Positions 10,149 through 20,671 are shown, counted from the first letter of the stretch. The stretch is 64,000 nucleotides of DNA from Planctomycetota bacterium (GCA_965222115.1 CBDCTJ010000003.1:32001-96000), one strand, 5' to 3'. A program made the numbers and translations. Notes: generated by a model not told the origin, from the letters alone.

Positions 10149-10529
10149 TCAACGCATCGCCAGCCATAGCACCAGCGCCACGAGAGCTCCGACTGCGATC
10201 AAAGAGAGTACGACGCGCCAACAGCCGCCGGGACGGGCGATCTCGTGTGAAACGTCGGTCCAGGACACTACATCCGGTAGCGTGGCATGGGCATGGAACG
10301 CTTCAAAAACGTCCGCGGCGTGCGAGGGGTCCATTGCACGCCACAAACGATGTCCGTCGCCTCGTTCCAACAGTTCGCCGGAGAACTGAACAAAGTTGTC
10401 ACCGCGACTCAGGATCACGTAGGACACACCCGAGGGTTCGGCGGTCAATGCCAATGCCGATCTGACTTCCGTGATTGAAGGACTTTCTCGCGAGAACTTA
10501 TCCGTTGAAAGCCTCATCGTGCGTGACAT
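10149..10529 (-). CDS. Hypothetical protein with C-terminal TM helix
   Basis: 126 aa ORF just downstream of thrS on the same strand. Hydrophobic C-terminus. Confidence 0.6.
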   Translation of the reverse strand: MSRTMRLSTDKFSRESPSITEVRSALALTAEPSGVSYVILSRGDNFVQFSGELLERGDGHRLWRAMDPSHAADVFEAFHAHATLPDVVSWTDVSHEIARPGGCWRVVLSLIAVGALVALVLWLAMR

Positions 10530-10547
10530 CGAAGGCTGAGTCTCAAC

Positions 10548-12482
10548 CTAAATCTGCTGCGTTGAACGCGCGCGAATCGACGTCAATGCTTGTTCAATAA
10601 ACTGATCGAGCGGCTGCGAGCCGTGATCTTTGCCCGAGCGTTGGCGGACCGAGACATTACCCGACTCTGCCTCGCGTCCGCCCACAATCAACATGTAGGG
10701 CACACGGGCAAGTGTGGCGTCGCGGATCTTGGAGCCAATCTTGTCCCCACGAATGTCGGACTCGGCGCGAATGCCGGCGGCTTTCAGTTTCTTCGTGACG
10801 TCGATCGCATAGTCGCTCTGGGCCTCCGTGATCGAAAGCACTTTGGCCTGCACAGGCGCGAGCCACAACGGGAATTTGCCCGCGTGATGCTCAATCAATA
10901 CGCCAATCAATCGCTCGAACGAACCGAGAATCGCACGGTGAATCATGACCGGTTGATGGCGGGCACCATCGCGACCTACATACTCAAGACCGAATCGCTC
11001 CGGCATGGAGAAGTCCACCTGAATCGTGCCGCATTGCCATGTGCGACCCAGGGCGTCGGTGACATGGAACTCGATCTTGGGACCGTAGAAGGCGCCCTCA
11101 CCGGGATTGACTTTGAAATCCATGTCCTGCGAACGCAGCGCGTCGGCCAGTGCGGCCTCCGCACGTTCCCACGAGTCCGGATCGCCCAACGCATCGTCGG
11201 GCTTGGTGGCGAGCATGACTTGCACGTCGCCCATGTCGAATCCAATCGCCGGGTAGACCACCTGCAACATGTCGATCATGTCCACGATCTCACTCTGGAG
11301 ATCTTCGGGTGCACAATAGACGTGGGCGTCGTCCTGGGCCATGGCGCGCACGCGCAAGAGGCCGTGCAAGGTTCCAGAAAGCTCGTTTCGATGCAACGGG
11401 CTAAACTCAGCCAAGCGTACCGGCAGTTCGCGATACGAACGCGGCCGATTGCCGTAGACCAAGCAGGTGCCCGGACAGTTCATGGGCTTCACGGCGTAAC
11501 TGCGTTCCTCGATTTCGAGGAAGTACATATTGTCCTTGAAGTGATCCCAGTGGCCGGAGCGCTTCCACAACTCATCGTTCAGGATGATGGGTGTGCGCAC
11601 CTCACCGTAGCCGCGCTGTTCAAGCTCTTCGCGCACCAACGACTGAAGCTCGTTGTAGAGCACCATGCCGTTGGGATGGAAGAAGGGAAAGCCGGGACCC
11701 ACTGGCTGAAGCGAGAACAAGTCCATCTCGTGCCCGATACGACGGTGATCGCGCTTCTTGGCTTCCTCCAACATGAGGATGTAGCGCTTGAGCGACTTCT
11801 TATCGAAGAACGCCGTGCCGCGAATGCGTTGCATGGGCTCACCCGATGCATCGCCACGCCAGTATGCACCGCTCACACTCAGGAGCTTGATGTGCTCAAG
11901 CCACGACGTATCGGGAACGTGGGGCCCTTCACACATATCGGTGAAGGGACCGGAGTCGTAAAAGGTGATCTCGTCTTCGGGAATCTCATCCACGTGAGAA
12001 ATCTTGAGCAGATACCCAATGTCCTTCAGTCGCGACTTGGCTTCGTCACGGGAATTGGCCACGCGCTGATAGGGACGCGACTCCTTGACGATCTCAAGCA
12101 TGCGCGCCTCAATACGCGGCAAGTCGTCTTCGACGATGGGCTTGGGCGTCTTGAAGTCGTAGTAAAAGCCCTGCTCGGTGGCTGGACCGAAGCCAAGGTC
12201 GGTACCGGGAAACAAGTCGAGCACGGCCATGGCCAAAAGATGCGCTGCACTGTGTCGAAGTACGTAGAGCGCTTCGTCGTCCTTCTTGGTGAGAATGCGA
12301 AACTCGCCGCTCTCGGCCATGGGGCGCGAAATCTCCATCACTTCGCCATTGAGCACACCTGCCACGGCGGCCTTGGCAAGACCCGGGCCGATCTCCTGCG
12401 CCACGGCTGCCGTCGTCGTCCCGTTGGCCACACTGCGTACGGTGCCATCGGGAAGTCGGAGCTGTAGGGCGGAAGGGGTCAT
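10548..12482 (-). CDS. thrS: Threonyl-tRNA synthetase
   Basis: TGS domain, RHSAAH, KPMNCP, QDDAH, GAFYGPK and HRAILGSFER. Start could be 12533. Confidence 0.97.
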   Translation of the reverse strand: MTPSALQLRLPDGTVRSVANGTTTAAVAQEIGPGLAKAAVAGVLNGEVMEISRPMAESGEFRILTKKDDEALYVLRHSAAHLLAMAVLDLFPGTDLGFGPATEQGFYYDFKTPKPIVEDDLPRIEARMLEIVKESRPYQRVANSRDEAKSRLKDIGYLLKISHVDEIPEDEITFYDSGPFTDMCEGPHVPDTSWLEHIKLLSVSGAYWRGDASGEPMQRIRGTAFFDKKSLKRYILMLEEAKKRDHRRIGHEMDLFSLQPVGPGFPFFHPNGMVLYNELQSLVREELEQRGYGEVRTPIILNDELWKRSGHWDHFKDNMYFLEIEERSYAVKPMNCPGTCLVYGNRPRSYRELPVRLAEFSPLHRNELSGTLHGLLRVRAMAQDDAHVYCAPEDLQSEIVDMIDMLQVVYPAIGFDMGDVQVMLATKPDDALGDPDSWERAEAALADALRSQDMDFKVNPGEGAFYGPKIEFHVTDALGRTWQCGTIQVDFSMPERFGLEYVGRDGARHQPVMIHRAILGSFERLIGVLIEHHAGKFPLWLAPVQAKVLSITEAQSDYAIDVTKKLKAAGIRAESDIRGDKIGSKIRDATLARVPYMLIVGGREAESGNVSVRQRSGKDHGSQPLDQFIEQALTSIRARSTQQI

Positions 12483-12638
12483 CGATCTTGCCTTTCTTGA
12501 GTTAGACGTTTGTGAGTTGGAAACGCGCGCCATGTCAAAACGACGATGGCGTGCCAAACCATACACGGCACATTACGAATTCGGTCAGTTCGCGAGATTT
12601 TGTCCCAAAACAATAGTGGGGACGCAGCGTGCGTGAAG

Positions 12639-13895
12639 TTAGTTGTCTGTGATCCCCGTGGCGCGGCGTGTGATTTCATCGCGAATCCACTTGACGACAT
12701 GGCCGAGGTCGCCCGCGTCCGGTTGGAACTTAAGTAGGGCGGCATCCGCCGCGGGGCCCACTTCCGCGAGCACCATCGCGATGGGCGGGTTGGGCACGCC
12801 CGGTCGGTGACGAATCTCACGACCGAGTACCTTGATGGGAAGCGCGCCGCACGTGACATTGCATGCCAGCAACTGCCGCCGAATAAACTCCGTCGCGTCT
12901 TGGGTTTGCGGCAATGAAAACGAAATCATGGACTCGGGGTGTTCCGTGATCGTCGCCCGCGCTTCTGCGGCGCCCTCGACGAGCAGCAAGACGCTGTAGC
13001 CGCGATAGGTTTCCAACCATGCCGCGAACGCCTCGCGTAGCGGCGCAGCAGGCCGAACCTCAATCACATTGTTTCGCGTGGCTCGGTCCGCACGCGTTCG
13101 AATGTTCAGTCCGTCTCGTTCAAGAAACTCGGGGACGTCAGTCGTGGGCTCGTAGTACGACGCGTGCTCGGCGTTGCCTGACGATGGCGAACTATCGGCA
13201 TTCTTCTTCGGCTCGTTATTCTCGTCTTCCGCCTCATCCTTCGCACGCTTCCCGCTGTCGTCGTCATGAAGAGCAGGTAGATAGGTCTCCAACCCAGGGC
13301 GCCACGTGGCAGACACCACACGATGCGCTTTGGGCGCGGCTACAGATGTCCCCGGCGCAACCTGCTCCAGACGCAGCGATACGCGCCCCTGCATACTCAT
13401 GCGCGCAATCAATGTGGCCAGGAAGCCATCAAGTTCTTCGCCCTCCATGCTTCCCCGTGGAAGTCGCATCTCGATGATTCCGCGACTCACACTGAACGAT
13501 GCGGCAGGATATCCAAAGCATGCCAGTCGAGACGCCATGACACGCTGCGCCTGATTGAGTTTGACACTCGCGGTTTGCGGGTCGAGCTTCTCGGACGGAT
13601 CCAGGTAAAATTCAACAACTTCCGCGTTTGGGTCGGTGCGCTCTTGCTTGAGTCGCGACATCAGCAGCGGAATGCCCCGTTCGGGGTCCTTGCGCACCAA
13701 CGCGGCAAGCTCCTTGACGTGCTCCTCAAGGCGCATGCCCGCATAGCGGTAGAGACCCTCAATCCCCGACTCGATACTCGTGGGAGCTTTCACGGCCTTG
13801 TCGCCACATGACGTCAATAGCACCAGCACCGCGATGCCGGTGACGATCCATCGCAACGATTCATGCGCTGACGGAAACACATTGCCACTAAGCAT
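12639..13895 (-). CDS. Lipoprotein with SecD periplasmic (P1)-like domain
   Basis: SD CAGGAG plus ATG 13895 overlapping the end of aspS. Lipobox LTSC. SecD-P1-like segments ending in GALP. Confidence 0.65.
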   Translation of the reverse strand: MLSGNVFPSAHESLRWIVTGIAVLVLLTSCGDKAVKAPTSIESGIEGLYRYAGMRLEEHVKELAALVRKDPERGIPLLMSRLKQERTDPNAEVVEFYLDPSEKLDPQTASVKLNQAQRVMASRLACFGYPAASFSVSRGIIEMRLPRGSMEGEELDGFLATLIARMSMQGRVSLRLEQVAPGTSVAAPKAHRVVSATWRPGLETYLPALHDDDSGKRAKDEAEDENNEPKKNADSSPSSGNAEHASYYEPTTDVPEFLERDGLNIRTRADRATRNNVIEVRPAAPLREAFAAWLETYRGYSVLLLVEGAAEARATITEHPESMISFSLPQTQDATEFIRRQLLACNVTCGALPIKVLGREIRHRPGVPNPPIAMVLAEVGPAADAALLKFQPDAGDLGHVVKWIRDEITRRATGITDN

Positions 13896-15750
13896 GGGTG
13901 GACTCCTGATCGTCAATCGCGGGTGCGGCATCAGGCGAAACAACGATGGCAAGGCCGAGTTCTTCCAATTGTTCTGCGTCCACGCGCGCAGGCGCGTTGC
14001 ACATGAGATCGGTGGCGGCCAGCGTCTTGGGAAACGCGATCACATTTTGAATGCCGGTTTCTCCGAGCAAGCACATGATCACACGGTCCAATCCCCATGC
14101 CATACCGCCATGCGGCGGCGTGCCAAACTTAAGGGCGCGCACGAACCAGCCAAAACGCTGCTCGATCTCGTCGTCTTCCATACCGAGCAGCGCGAAAACC
14201 GCTTCCTGCATCGCTTCGTCGTGAATACGAATGCTCCCACTACCCAACTCGTGCCCATTCATCACGAGGTCGTACGCCCGCGAGCGCAACCGCTCGAGCG
14301 TGCTGCGCATGGACGGGTCGGTGCAAGCCGCTGGCCCCGCCTTTGCGGCCTCAAAGAGTGCCGGAAGATCCTCCTCGTGAATGGCGGTAAAGGGATGGTG
14401 GGCAGGTTCCAAACACTCGCGCTCATCACTCCACAAGAACAATGGAAACTCTGTAATCCAGACCAATGCGTTGGCTGCGGAATCGCGAAGCGAGAGTAAG
14501 TCGGCGATTTCGTCGCGCAATCCGCCCAGCACTCGATGGACGAGGGAAGCGCGCCCGGCCGCAAAAAACACCGCATCGCCCGGCGCGGCGCCGAGTTCAG
14601 TAAGGAGTGCCGTCCCCGCATCCGTGGAAAGAACTTTGCCGAGCGGACCTGTGGCGCGTTCCTCGGTGATCTTCGCCCACGCGAGACCGGGTGCGCCCAT
14701 GGACTTGGCCTGCGCTTCCAACGCGCCCATCTGCTTGCGAGATAGCGATCCGCCACCCGGGGCGTGAATTGCTTTGGCAATGCCCTCCTCTGCAATCGCG
14801 TTTTGAAAGATGGGAAATTGAAGGGCGTCGACATGGGCGGCGATATCACGCAGCTCAAGCGGATTCCGAAGATCGGGCTTGTCGCTCCCGTAGCGTGCCA
14901 TGGCTTCGGCATAGGTCATACGTGGAAGTGGCAATGAGAGGGACTCACCTCGCCACGCCTCAACGAGCGTTGCCATGAGCGGATCGAGAAAGCCAAACAC
15001 GTCCTCTTCGTCTACGAAACTCGCTTCGAGGTCGAGTTGCGTAAACTCCGGCTGGCGATCGGCACGCAGGTCTTCATCCCGATAGCAACGCGCGATTTGG
15101 TAGTAGCGATCTTGGCCGCCAATCATGAGCAACTGCTTGAACAACTGCGGGGATTGCGGGAGGGCATAGAAACGCCCGGAATGAAGGCGACTTGGCACCA
15201 GATAGTCGCGCGCGCCCTCTGGTGTAGAGCGAATCATGGTGGGCGTTTCAATTTCAATGAAGCCGAGCGACTCCATGTGACCTCGAATGGTCGACACCAT
15301 GGCGGCGCGCGCCTTGAGTGAAGCGGTAAGCGCCGCACGACGCAGATCGAGATATCGACTGCGCAAACGAATCTCAGCACTCGCTTCGGAGCGTCCATCG
15401 AGTGGAAATGGTGGCGTTTGCGCGCGCGAAAACACGCGGAGCGACTTCGCGTCGAGCTCGATTTCGCCGGTTGCAATCTGATCGTTCCACGCCTCTTTAG
15501 GGCGCGCGATCACCAGCCCCTCAACGCCAAGCACCCATTCACTTCGCACGCGCTCCGCTTCTTCAAGGAGTGCGGCGTCCCGGTCGCCCCGAAATGTCAC
15601 TTGCGTGACGCCGTAGCGGTCGCGGAGATCCACGAAGACCACGCCGCCCTGATTACGAAGCGAATGCACCCAGCCGCATAGCGTGACGGTCTGATCGACG
15701 TGAGACCGACGCAGTTCGCCGCATGTATGGGTACGCAAGTTTGTTCGCAT
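13888..15750 (-). CDS. aspS: Aspartyl-tRNA synthetase
   Basis: MRTNLRTHTCGELR start, TPEGARDYLVP, LPQSPQLFKQ, RDEDLRADRQPEFTQ and PPHGG. Confidence 0.97.
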   Translation of the reverse strand: MRTNLRTHTCGELRRSHVDQTVTLCGWVHSLRNQGGVVFVDLRDRYGVTQVTFRGDRDAALLEEAERVRSEWVLGVEGLVIARPKEAWNDQIATGEIELDAKSLRVFSRAQTPPFPLDGRSEASAEIRLRSRYLDLRRAALTASLKARAAMVSTIRGHMESLGFIEIETPTMIRSTPEGARDYLVPSRLHSGRFYALPQSPQLFKQLLMIGGQDRYYQIARCYRDEDLRADRQPEFTQLDLEASFVDEEDVFGFLDPLMATLVEAWRGESLSLPLPRMTYAEAMARYGSDKPDLRNPLELRDIAAHVDALQFPIFQNAIAEEGIAKAIHAPGGGSLSRKQMGALEAQAKSMGAPGLAWAKITEERATGPLGKVLSTDAGTALLTELGAAPGDAVFFAAGRASLVHRVLGGLRDEIADLLSLRDSAANALVWITEFPLFLWSDERECLEPAHHPFTAIHEEDLPALFEAAKAGPAACTDPSMRSTLERLRSRAYDLVMNGHELGSGSIRIHDEAMQEAVFALLGMEDDEIEQRFGWFVRALKFGTPPHGGMAWGLDRVIMCLLGETGIQNVIAFPKTLAATDLMCNAPARVDAEQLEELGLAIVVSPDAAPAIDDQESTHA

Positions 15751-16046
15751 GACCTGTCCTTTTGCGCACCAACCGGGAACGCCACAGGGATTCTGTGTTC
15801 GTGCGGCGGCCGCTGCAACTCTGCTGAGACCTTGACTGCGAAGGAGGTCCGTCGGTGGAACCGATGCTCGAATGGCGAAGAATCCACAAACGTCCAAAGC
15901 GTACCATTTCACGAGTGTTCAAAGTGTTTTGTGTTTGGTAGTGAGAAATCGAGCGCCCGTGGTCGATAGAGGCGTGAGTTCGGCTGGGTGGCCGACATGA
16001 CAGGTACTAGTGCCGCGCTGAAAAGCGCGCCGATTGAGGATGATCC

Positions 16047-16721
16047 ATGACCAACCGTGCATATCCCGGCACACGAATGAACCGCTTGAGCTGCCTCATT
16101 GGGCTTATGGTGCTCGGTCTCTCGGCACCCTGTTTCTTGGGGGCCGTCGCCGAGGCCAACGATCACGTGCGCCCATCGACGGGCGTTGCCGATGACCTAT
16201 TGGGATCCGCGATGCGTAACGCGGGCCCCCCCACGCTCGCGCAGAGCATATCGAAAACGCCCGCCGTCAAAACGTCGGTCCCAGCCGTCAAGAAGACCAA
16301 GTCGAAGGCCGTTGTTGAATCTGCGTCCAAAGAGGCCGCAGCGTCATCGGTGGCTGCACAAGGAAAGGTGGCCGCACGGGCAACGACACCTGCATCAACG
16401 AAGTCGGTCCCCGGCACACAGAACAGTTCCCGCGCTCTCCCTTCAACGGACTATGGCGTACCGCCTGCATTGAAGGCGCTTCCTAAGCCTGTGATTCGCC
16501 GCGTGAAGCGTCCAAGCTCCAAGCACGGCACCCGTGCCGCGCCAACAAGCACCACCCGTCGTGGCGCCCATGGCGTTTACAACGCTGCTCGACACCCGCA
16601 CCCCTACCGATCGACGATGCCTACACCGTATGTCGCACAGCCCAAGACACCGGCGCCCGTGATCTATGCGAGTCCCCCACCCCCTGCACACATTCTCGTG
16701 CAGTACGAGTGCTTCACCTGA
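16047..16721 (+). CDS. Secreted low-complexity (Ala/Lys/Ser/Pro/Thr-rich) hypothetical protein
   Basis: SD GAGGA upstream, signal-peptide-like N-terminus ending AEA, disordered body. Confidence 0.55.
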   Translation: MTNRAYPGTRMNRLSCLIGLMVLGLSAPCFLGAVAEANDHVRPSTGVADDLLGSAMRNAGPPTLAQSISKTPAVKTSVPAVKKTKSKAVVESASKEAAASSVAAQGKVAARATTPASTKSVPGTQNSSRALPSTDYGVPPALKALPKPVIRRVKRPSSKHGTRAAPTSTTRRGAHGVYNAARHPHPYRSTMPTPYVAQPKTPAPVIYASPPPPAHILVQYECFT

Positions 16722-16735
16722 GGCTAGGACGCGAT

Positions 16736-16756
16736 GGCGCAGCCGTGTGCTGCGCC
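16736..16756. terminator. Hairpin between convergent genes
   Basis: GGCGCAGC-N5-GCTGCGCC, with no U-tract. Confidence 0.35.
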
Positions 16757-16801
16757 TGACTCATGGTTTCGCTGACCCGGACTCTTCGTGAACGGTCCGG
16801 G

Positions 16802-17203
16802 TTACGTCGTCGTAAACGGTGGCTTCCGAATCTTTTCGCCGCAGTACATACAAACGCGGCGACGTTGACCCACCATGCGCTTGCAGGCGGGGCATGGCGT
16901 AGCGGGATGCCTCACTTTGCCATCCAGTTTGCCGTCGGTCTTGTCAACGGCCTCGGCGATCTTCAAGAGCACGTCGTCGTCCGCCGCTGTGGTCTCCTTG
17001 ACGATCTCCCACATGGCTGCACAAAGAATCGTCAGTCGATCCACACGCTGCTCTAGCTCAATGGACGCGCGCGTCTGGTCCCCCCCGGGTCTCTTGGGTG
17101 GCAATGCGATCGTGGACGTGGATGCGTCGTCATTTATCTGCTTGTCTAGGATCCGAAGAAGTAGTTCAACGGCCAGCACCGCGTGTCCTGGATAAATCGG
17201 CAT
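16802..17203 (-). CDS. Hypothetical protein with C-terminal zinc ribbon
   Basis: SD GGAGG before ATG 17203. LEQRVDRLTILCAAMWE...DGKLDG...CPAC...CMYCG. Confidence 0.75.
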   Translation of the reverse strand: MPIYPGHAVLAVELLLRILDKQINDDASTSTIALPPKRPGGDQTRASIELEQRVDRLTILCAAMWEIVKETTAADDDVLLKIAEAVDKTDGKLDGKVRHPATPCPACKRMVGQRRRVCMYCGEKIRKPPFTTT

Positions 17204-17263
17204 GCGCGCGACCTCCGTGATCTGTTTCTTGCCGAGGTCCAAGCATAGTCCGTCAGCGAGGCA

Positions 17264-18052
17264 TCATCGAGTGATACGTGGATCTACGTCCACGCCCACG
17301 GGGCAATGGTCTGAACCCATGACACCATCCCAAATGTGGGCACCTCGAACGAATCGATTCGACGCACGGCTCGCGAGCACATAGTCAATGCGCCAACCCA
17401 CATTGCGTTCACGCACACCGAAGCGCTGTGACCACCACGTATACCGATCGGGCGACTTGTGACGATCGCGAAAGGTGTCCACCCACCCCGAGCGCAACCA
17501 ACGGTCCAATTCCGCGCGCTCCTCGGGTAAGAACCCGCTGGTCTTGTGATTGCTCTTGGGCCTCGCGAGATCGATCTCGGCATGGGCCGTGTTGAAATCC
17601 CCCATCACCAGCACGCGGCGCCCGGCCCTCCGTTCACGATGCAGGCGGTCGAAGAGCACACGATAGAAATCGAGCTTGTAGGGCACACGGCTGTGGTCGC
17701 GATTGGGGCCACTGCCATTTGGAAAGTACACGTTGGCTATAACGAGCCGCCCGATGCGAGCAACCTGAAGTCGTCCTTCGTCATCAAATCGAGGCTCGCC
17801 CAACGTGGTGTCGATGGTGTCCACGTCAAGCCCGCGGGTGAGAAGCGCCACACCGCTGTATCCCGCTCGCGTGGCCTCGACTACATGCAGTGTCCATTCG
17901 GGGTGATCGCGAAGCGCATCGGGAAATTGCGAGGCTTTGGCCCGGGTTTCTTGAAGTCCCACAATGGAGGCGTCGGTTGCGCTCAGCCAGTCGAGGAATC
18001 CCTTCTTGGTGCAGGCACGTATCCCATTGACGTTCCACGAAACGATTTGCAC
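17264..18052 (-). CDS. xth: Exodeoxyribonuclease III
   Basis: SWNVNGIRA, LQET, GDFNTAH, GWRIDY and SDHCP. Confidence 0.95.
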   Translation of the reverse strand: MQIVSWNVNGIRACTKKGFLDWLSATDASIVGLQETRAKASQFPDALRDHPEWTLHVVEATRAGYSGVALLTRGLDVDTIDTTLGEPRFDDEGRLQVARIGRLVIANVYFPNGSGPNRDHSRVPYKLDFYRVLFDRLHRERRAGRRVLVMGDFNTAHAEIDLARPKSNHKTSGFLPEERAELDRWLRSGWVDTFRDRHKSPDRYTWWSQRFGVRERNVGWRIDYVLASRASNRFVRGAHIWDGVMGSDHCPVGVDVDPRITR

Positions 18053-18102
18053 TCTTGCTCCTCATGGTTCCTGGCGCCGGCACAGTTAGCATCCGCCACA
18101 CT

Positions 18103-19824
18103 ATGCGAATCTCCAAATCTCTCTTCGTCACGCTGAAAGAAGACCCGGCCGATGCCGAGGTCCGCTCTCACGCGCTTATGGCTCGCGCCGGGTTCATTCA
18201 GAAACTCGCCGCGGGTGTCTACATCTATGGCCCCCTCATGTGGCGAGTCCTGCGCAAGATTGAGACCATCGTGCGCGAAGAACACGACAAGGCGGATTGC
18301 CAAGAGATGCTCATGCCGGCGCTGCAACCACGCGAGATTTGGGAGGAGAGCGGCCGCTGGGAGCGTTATGTCCAGGATGGCATTCTCTACCACTTTCAAG
18401 ACGGCCGTGAGCGCGACGTGTGCCTGGGGCCCACGCACGAGGAGGTAGTGACCACCTTCGTCAAGGGCCGTATCACGTCTTATAAGCAGTTGCCGCAGAC
18501 GCTCTATCAGATTCAGACCAAGTTTCGCGATGAGATTCGACCGCGCTTTGGTTTGATGCGCGGTCGCGAGTTCGTGATGAAAGACGCCTACTCGTTTGAC
18601 GCCGATCCCGAAGGCATGAAGGCTTCGTATGCGCTCATGCGCGACGTATACCGCAAGATTTTCACGCGCTGTGGCGTGCGCTTTACACCCGTCGAAGCCG
18701 ACTCCGGGGCCATCGGTGGTGCTGGAAGCGAAGAGTTCATGGTCGACGCCGACACCGGCGAAGACGCAATCGCCGTGTGTCGCGAAACGGGCTACGCCGC
18801 CAATATTGAAAAGGCGGTGAGTGTGATTTCCCCGCCTGCAACGCCTTCCGAGAAACTCGCAATGCACGAGGAGCCCACGCCGGGCGCCAAGACCTGTGAA
18901 CAGCTCATCAAGCTCTTTCCCGAATTGCCAATGACTCGCCTCCTCAAGACCGTGCTCTACCGTGTGGTCTGGAGCGACCGCGAGGCCGTCGTCGCGGTGA
19001 TGTGTCGAGGCGACCGGGAACTAAACGAAGTCAAGCTGCTCAATCACTTTGACGCGCTGCGAATCGAACTCGCCGATGAAAAGCTCGTACGCGAAGCCAC
19101 GGGCGCCGACCCGGGTTTCGCAGGACCCATAGGCTTGAATAAAGGCGTGGAGCTACTGGCCGACAAAAGTGTCGAGGGCGTTGAGGGCTTCCTTTGCGGC
19201 GCCAATAAGACCGACGCGCACCATCTCGACGTGTACTTCGGACGAGATCTTGAACAACCGCCCACGCACGACTTTGGAACCGTCCAGGCGGGCGACAAGA
19301 CGCTGGACGGCAAGGGCACGATAGAGATCACGCGCGGCATTGAAGTCGGACATATCTTTCAACTCGGAACGAAGTATTCGGATGCAATGGGTGCCACGTT
19401 TACGGGACAGGATGGCAAAAGCAAGCCGCTATACATGGGATGCTACGGCCTCGGGATCACTCGCGTCGCAGCCGCCGCGATTGAGCAGAATCACGATGAC
19501 GGCGGAATGATCTGGCCGGCACCGATTGCACCGTTCACGGTGCACCTTATTCAGATGCGCCCCGAGGATGAGGTGCAGTCCGCGCTCGCAAACAAGCTCT
19601 ACGAAGACCTCCACGCTGCCGGCCACGACGTTTTGCTCGACGATCGAAAACTTGGCGCGGGTGGAAAGTTCAAGGATGCCGATCTAATCGGCATTCCTTT
19701 CCGCGTGGTCGTGGGTCGCGACGCGACCGACGGAAAGGTGGAGTGGAAGGGCCGACGCGACGACAAGGCGCAGACCATCGCGGTCGGCGAAGTGCTCGCT
19801 ACACTAGAAGGGATGCTTTCCTAG
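18103..19824 (+). CDS. proS: Prolyl-tRNA synthetase (bacterial type with editing insertion)
   Basis: LGPTHEE, FRDEIRPRFGLMRGREF, GIEVGHIFQLG and MGCYGLG. Confidence 0.97.
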   Translation: MRISKSLFVTLKEDPADAEVRSHALMARAGFIQKLAAGVYIYGPLMWRVLRKIETIVREEHDKADCQEMLMPALQPREIWEESGRWERYVQDGILYHFQDGRERDVCLGPTHEEVVTTFVKGRITSYKQLPQTLYQIQTKFRDEIRPRFGLMRGREFVMKDAYSFDADPEGMKASYALMRDVYRKIFTRCGVRFTPVEADSGAIGGAGSEEFMVDADTGEDAIAVCRETGYAANIEKAVSVISPPATPSEKLAMHEEPTPGAKTCEQLIKLFPELPMTRLLKTVLYRVVWSDREAVVAVMCRGDRELNEVKLLNHFDALRIELADEKLVREATGADPGFAGPIGLNKGVELLADKSVEGVEGFLCGANKTDAHHLDVYFGRDLEQPPTHDFGTVQAGDKTLDGKGTIEITRGIEVGHIFQLGTKYSDAMGATFTGQDGKSKPLYMGCYGLGITRVAAAAIEQNHDDGGMIWPAPIAPFTVHLIQMRPEDEVQSALANKLYEDLHAAGHDVLLDDRKLGAGGKFKDADLIGIPFRVVVGRDATDGKVEWKGRRDDKAQTIAVGEVLATLEGMLS

Positions 19825-19840
19825 TAACCCCTGGCGAATC

Positions 19841-20671
19841 ATGCCTTACAACCCCCCGCCTTTGATTGTTCGATCCGCGCGCAGCAGTTCCATTTTGTGG
19901 GACTTTTTCGTGCAGTTCATCGGCGCCAAAAGGGAGTTCGAAGGCATTGACCAACACTACAACGAGCGGGTCATACAGGCCGCCGCTGAACGTGGCGTAG
20001 ATCGGGAAGTGCTTCATCTGCCGCCCAAGAAGCTGTTCGATCTCTTCAACCTGAAGCGACTTGAACACTTGCGCGATCGCCGTCTGCGCCCCCTACGGCT
20101 CATGGCCCGCGAAATATTTGGTGAAGACGGCGACCTCGGCCTCATGGGCGCCTATTGCAGCCACATATTTCATGAAGTGTCGATTCTCAGCCGCGAGCAT
20201 CGTTCCGTCGGTCGCTTTGTGCGCTTCGACGATCCCGAGCGCTACATGACGCTCTTCAATGAAGTCAGTGGCAATTACCCAGCACGCCTGGGACGCACGC
20301 GTCGATTCTTCGGCCACGCGGCCAAGCGCATGGACGAGTTGCTGGCCCAGTGGGCTGAACAACGCGTGGTGGTGCGCTCCGCCTTCTTGTTTGGCGATCG
20401 TTTGGGCCGACGTGCCTATGGTTCGGGTCGCGACGGCCTCTATACGCGCATGTATCCGGAGGGCGGTGCCTTCCGTGGTTACTTCGAAGCGGCGCGCTCC
20501 TTTGCCAAGAGTGGCTTCGCCAAACAGACCGAAGAAGCCCGAAATGAACTTCGCCGCCTCGCCAAGGCCACCCGTGCCGAGCGTCCGCTCACCGCAACCG
20601 AAGCACTCTATTTCGAATCCACGGAACAGCTCACGGTTGAGTCGCCCCCGGCGGAAGAAGGCGCCGCATAG
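19841..20671 (+). CDS. Hypothetical helical protein between proS and miaB
   Basis: 276 aa ORF filling the gap in a same-strand gene run. Confidence 0.7.
   Translation: MPYNPPPLIVRSARSSSILWDFFVQFIGAKREFEGIDQHYNERVIQAAAERGVDREVLHLPPKKLFDLFNLKRLEHLRDRRLRPLRLMAREIFGEDGDLGLMGAYCSHIFHEVSILSREHRSVGRFVRFDDPERYMTLFNEVSGNYPARLGRTRRFFGHAAKRMDELLAQWAEQRVVVRSAFLFGDRLGRRAYGSGRDGLYTRMYPEGGAFRGYFEAARSFAKSGFAKQTEEARNELRRLAKATRAERPLTATEALYFESTEQLTVESPPAEEGAA

Noticed and set aside
10590-12467. 625-aa plus-strand ORF antisense to thrS (likewise 274-1026, 17983-18867, 28827-30419 and 52286-53098)
   Set aside because: Shadow ORFs opposite well-supported genes in GC-rich DNA, with no protein-like motifs.
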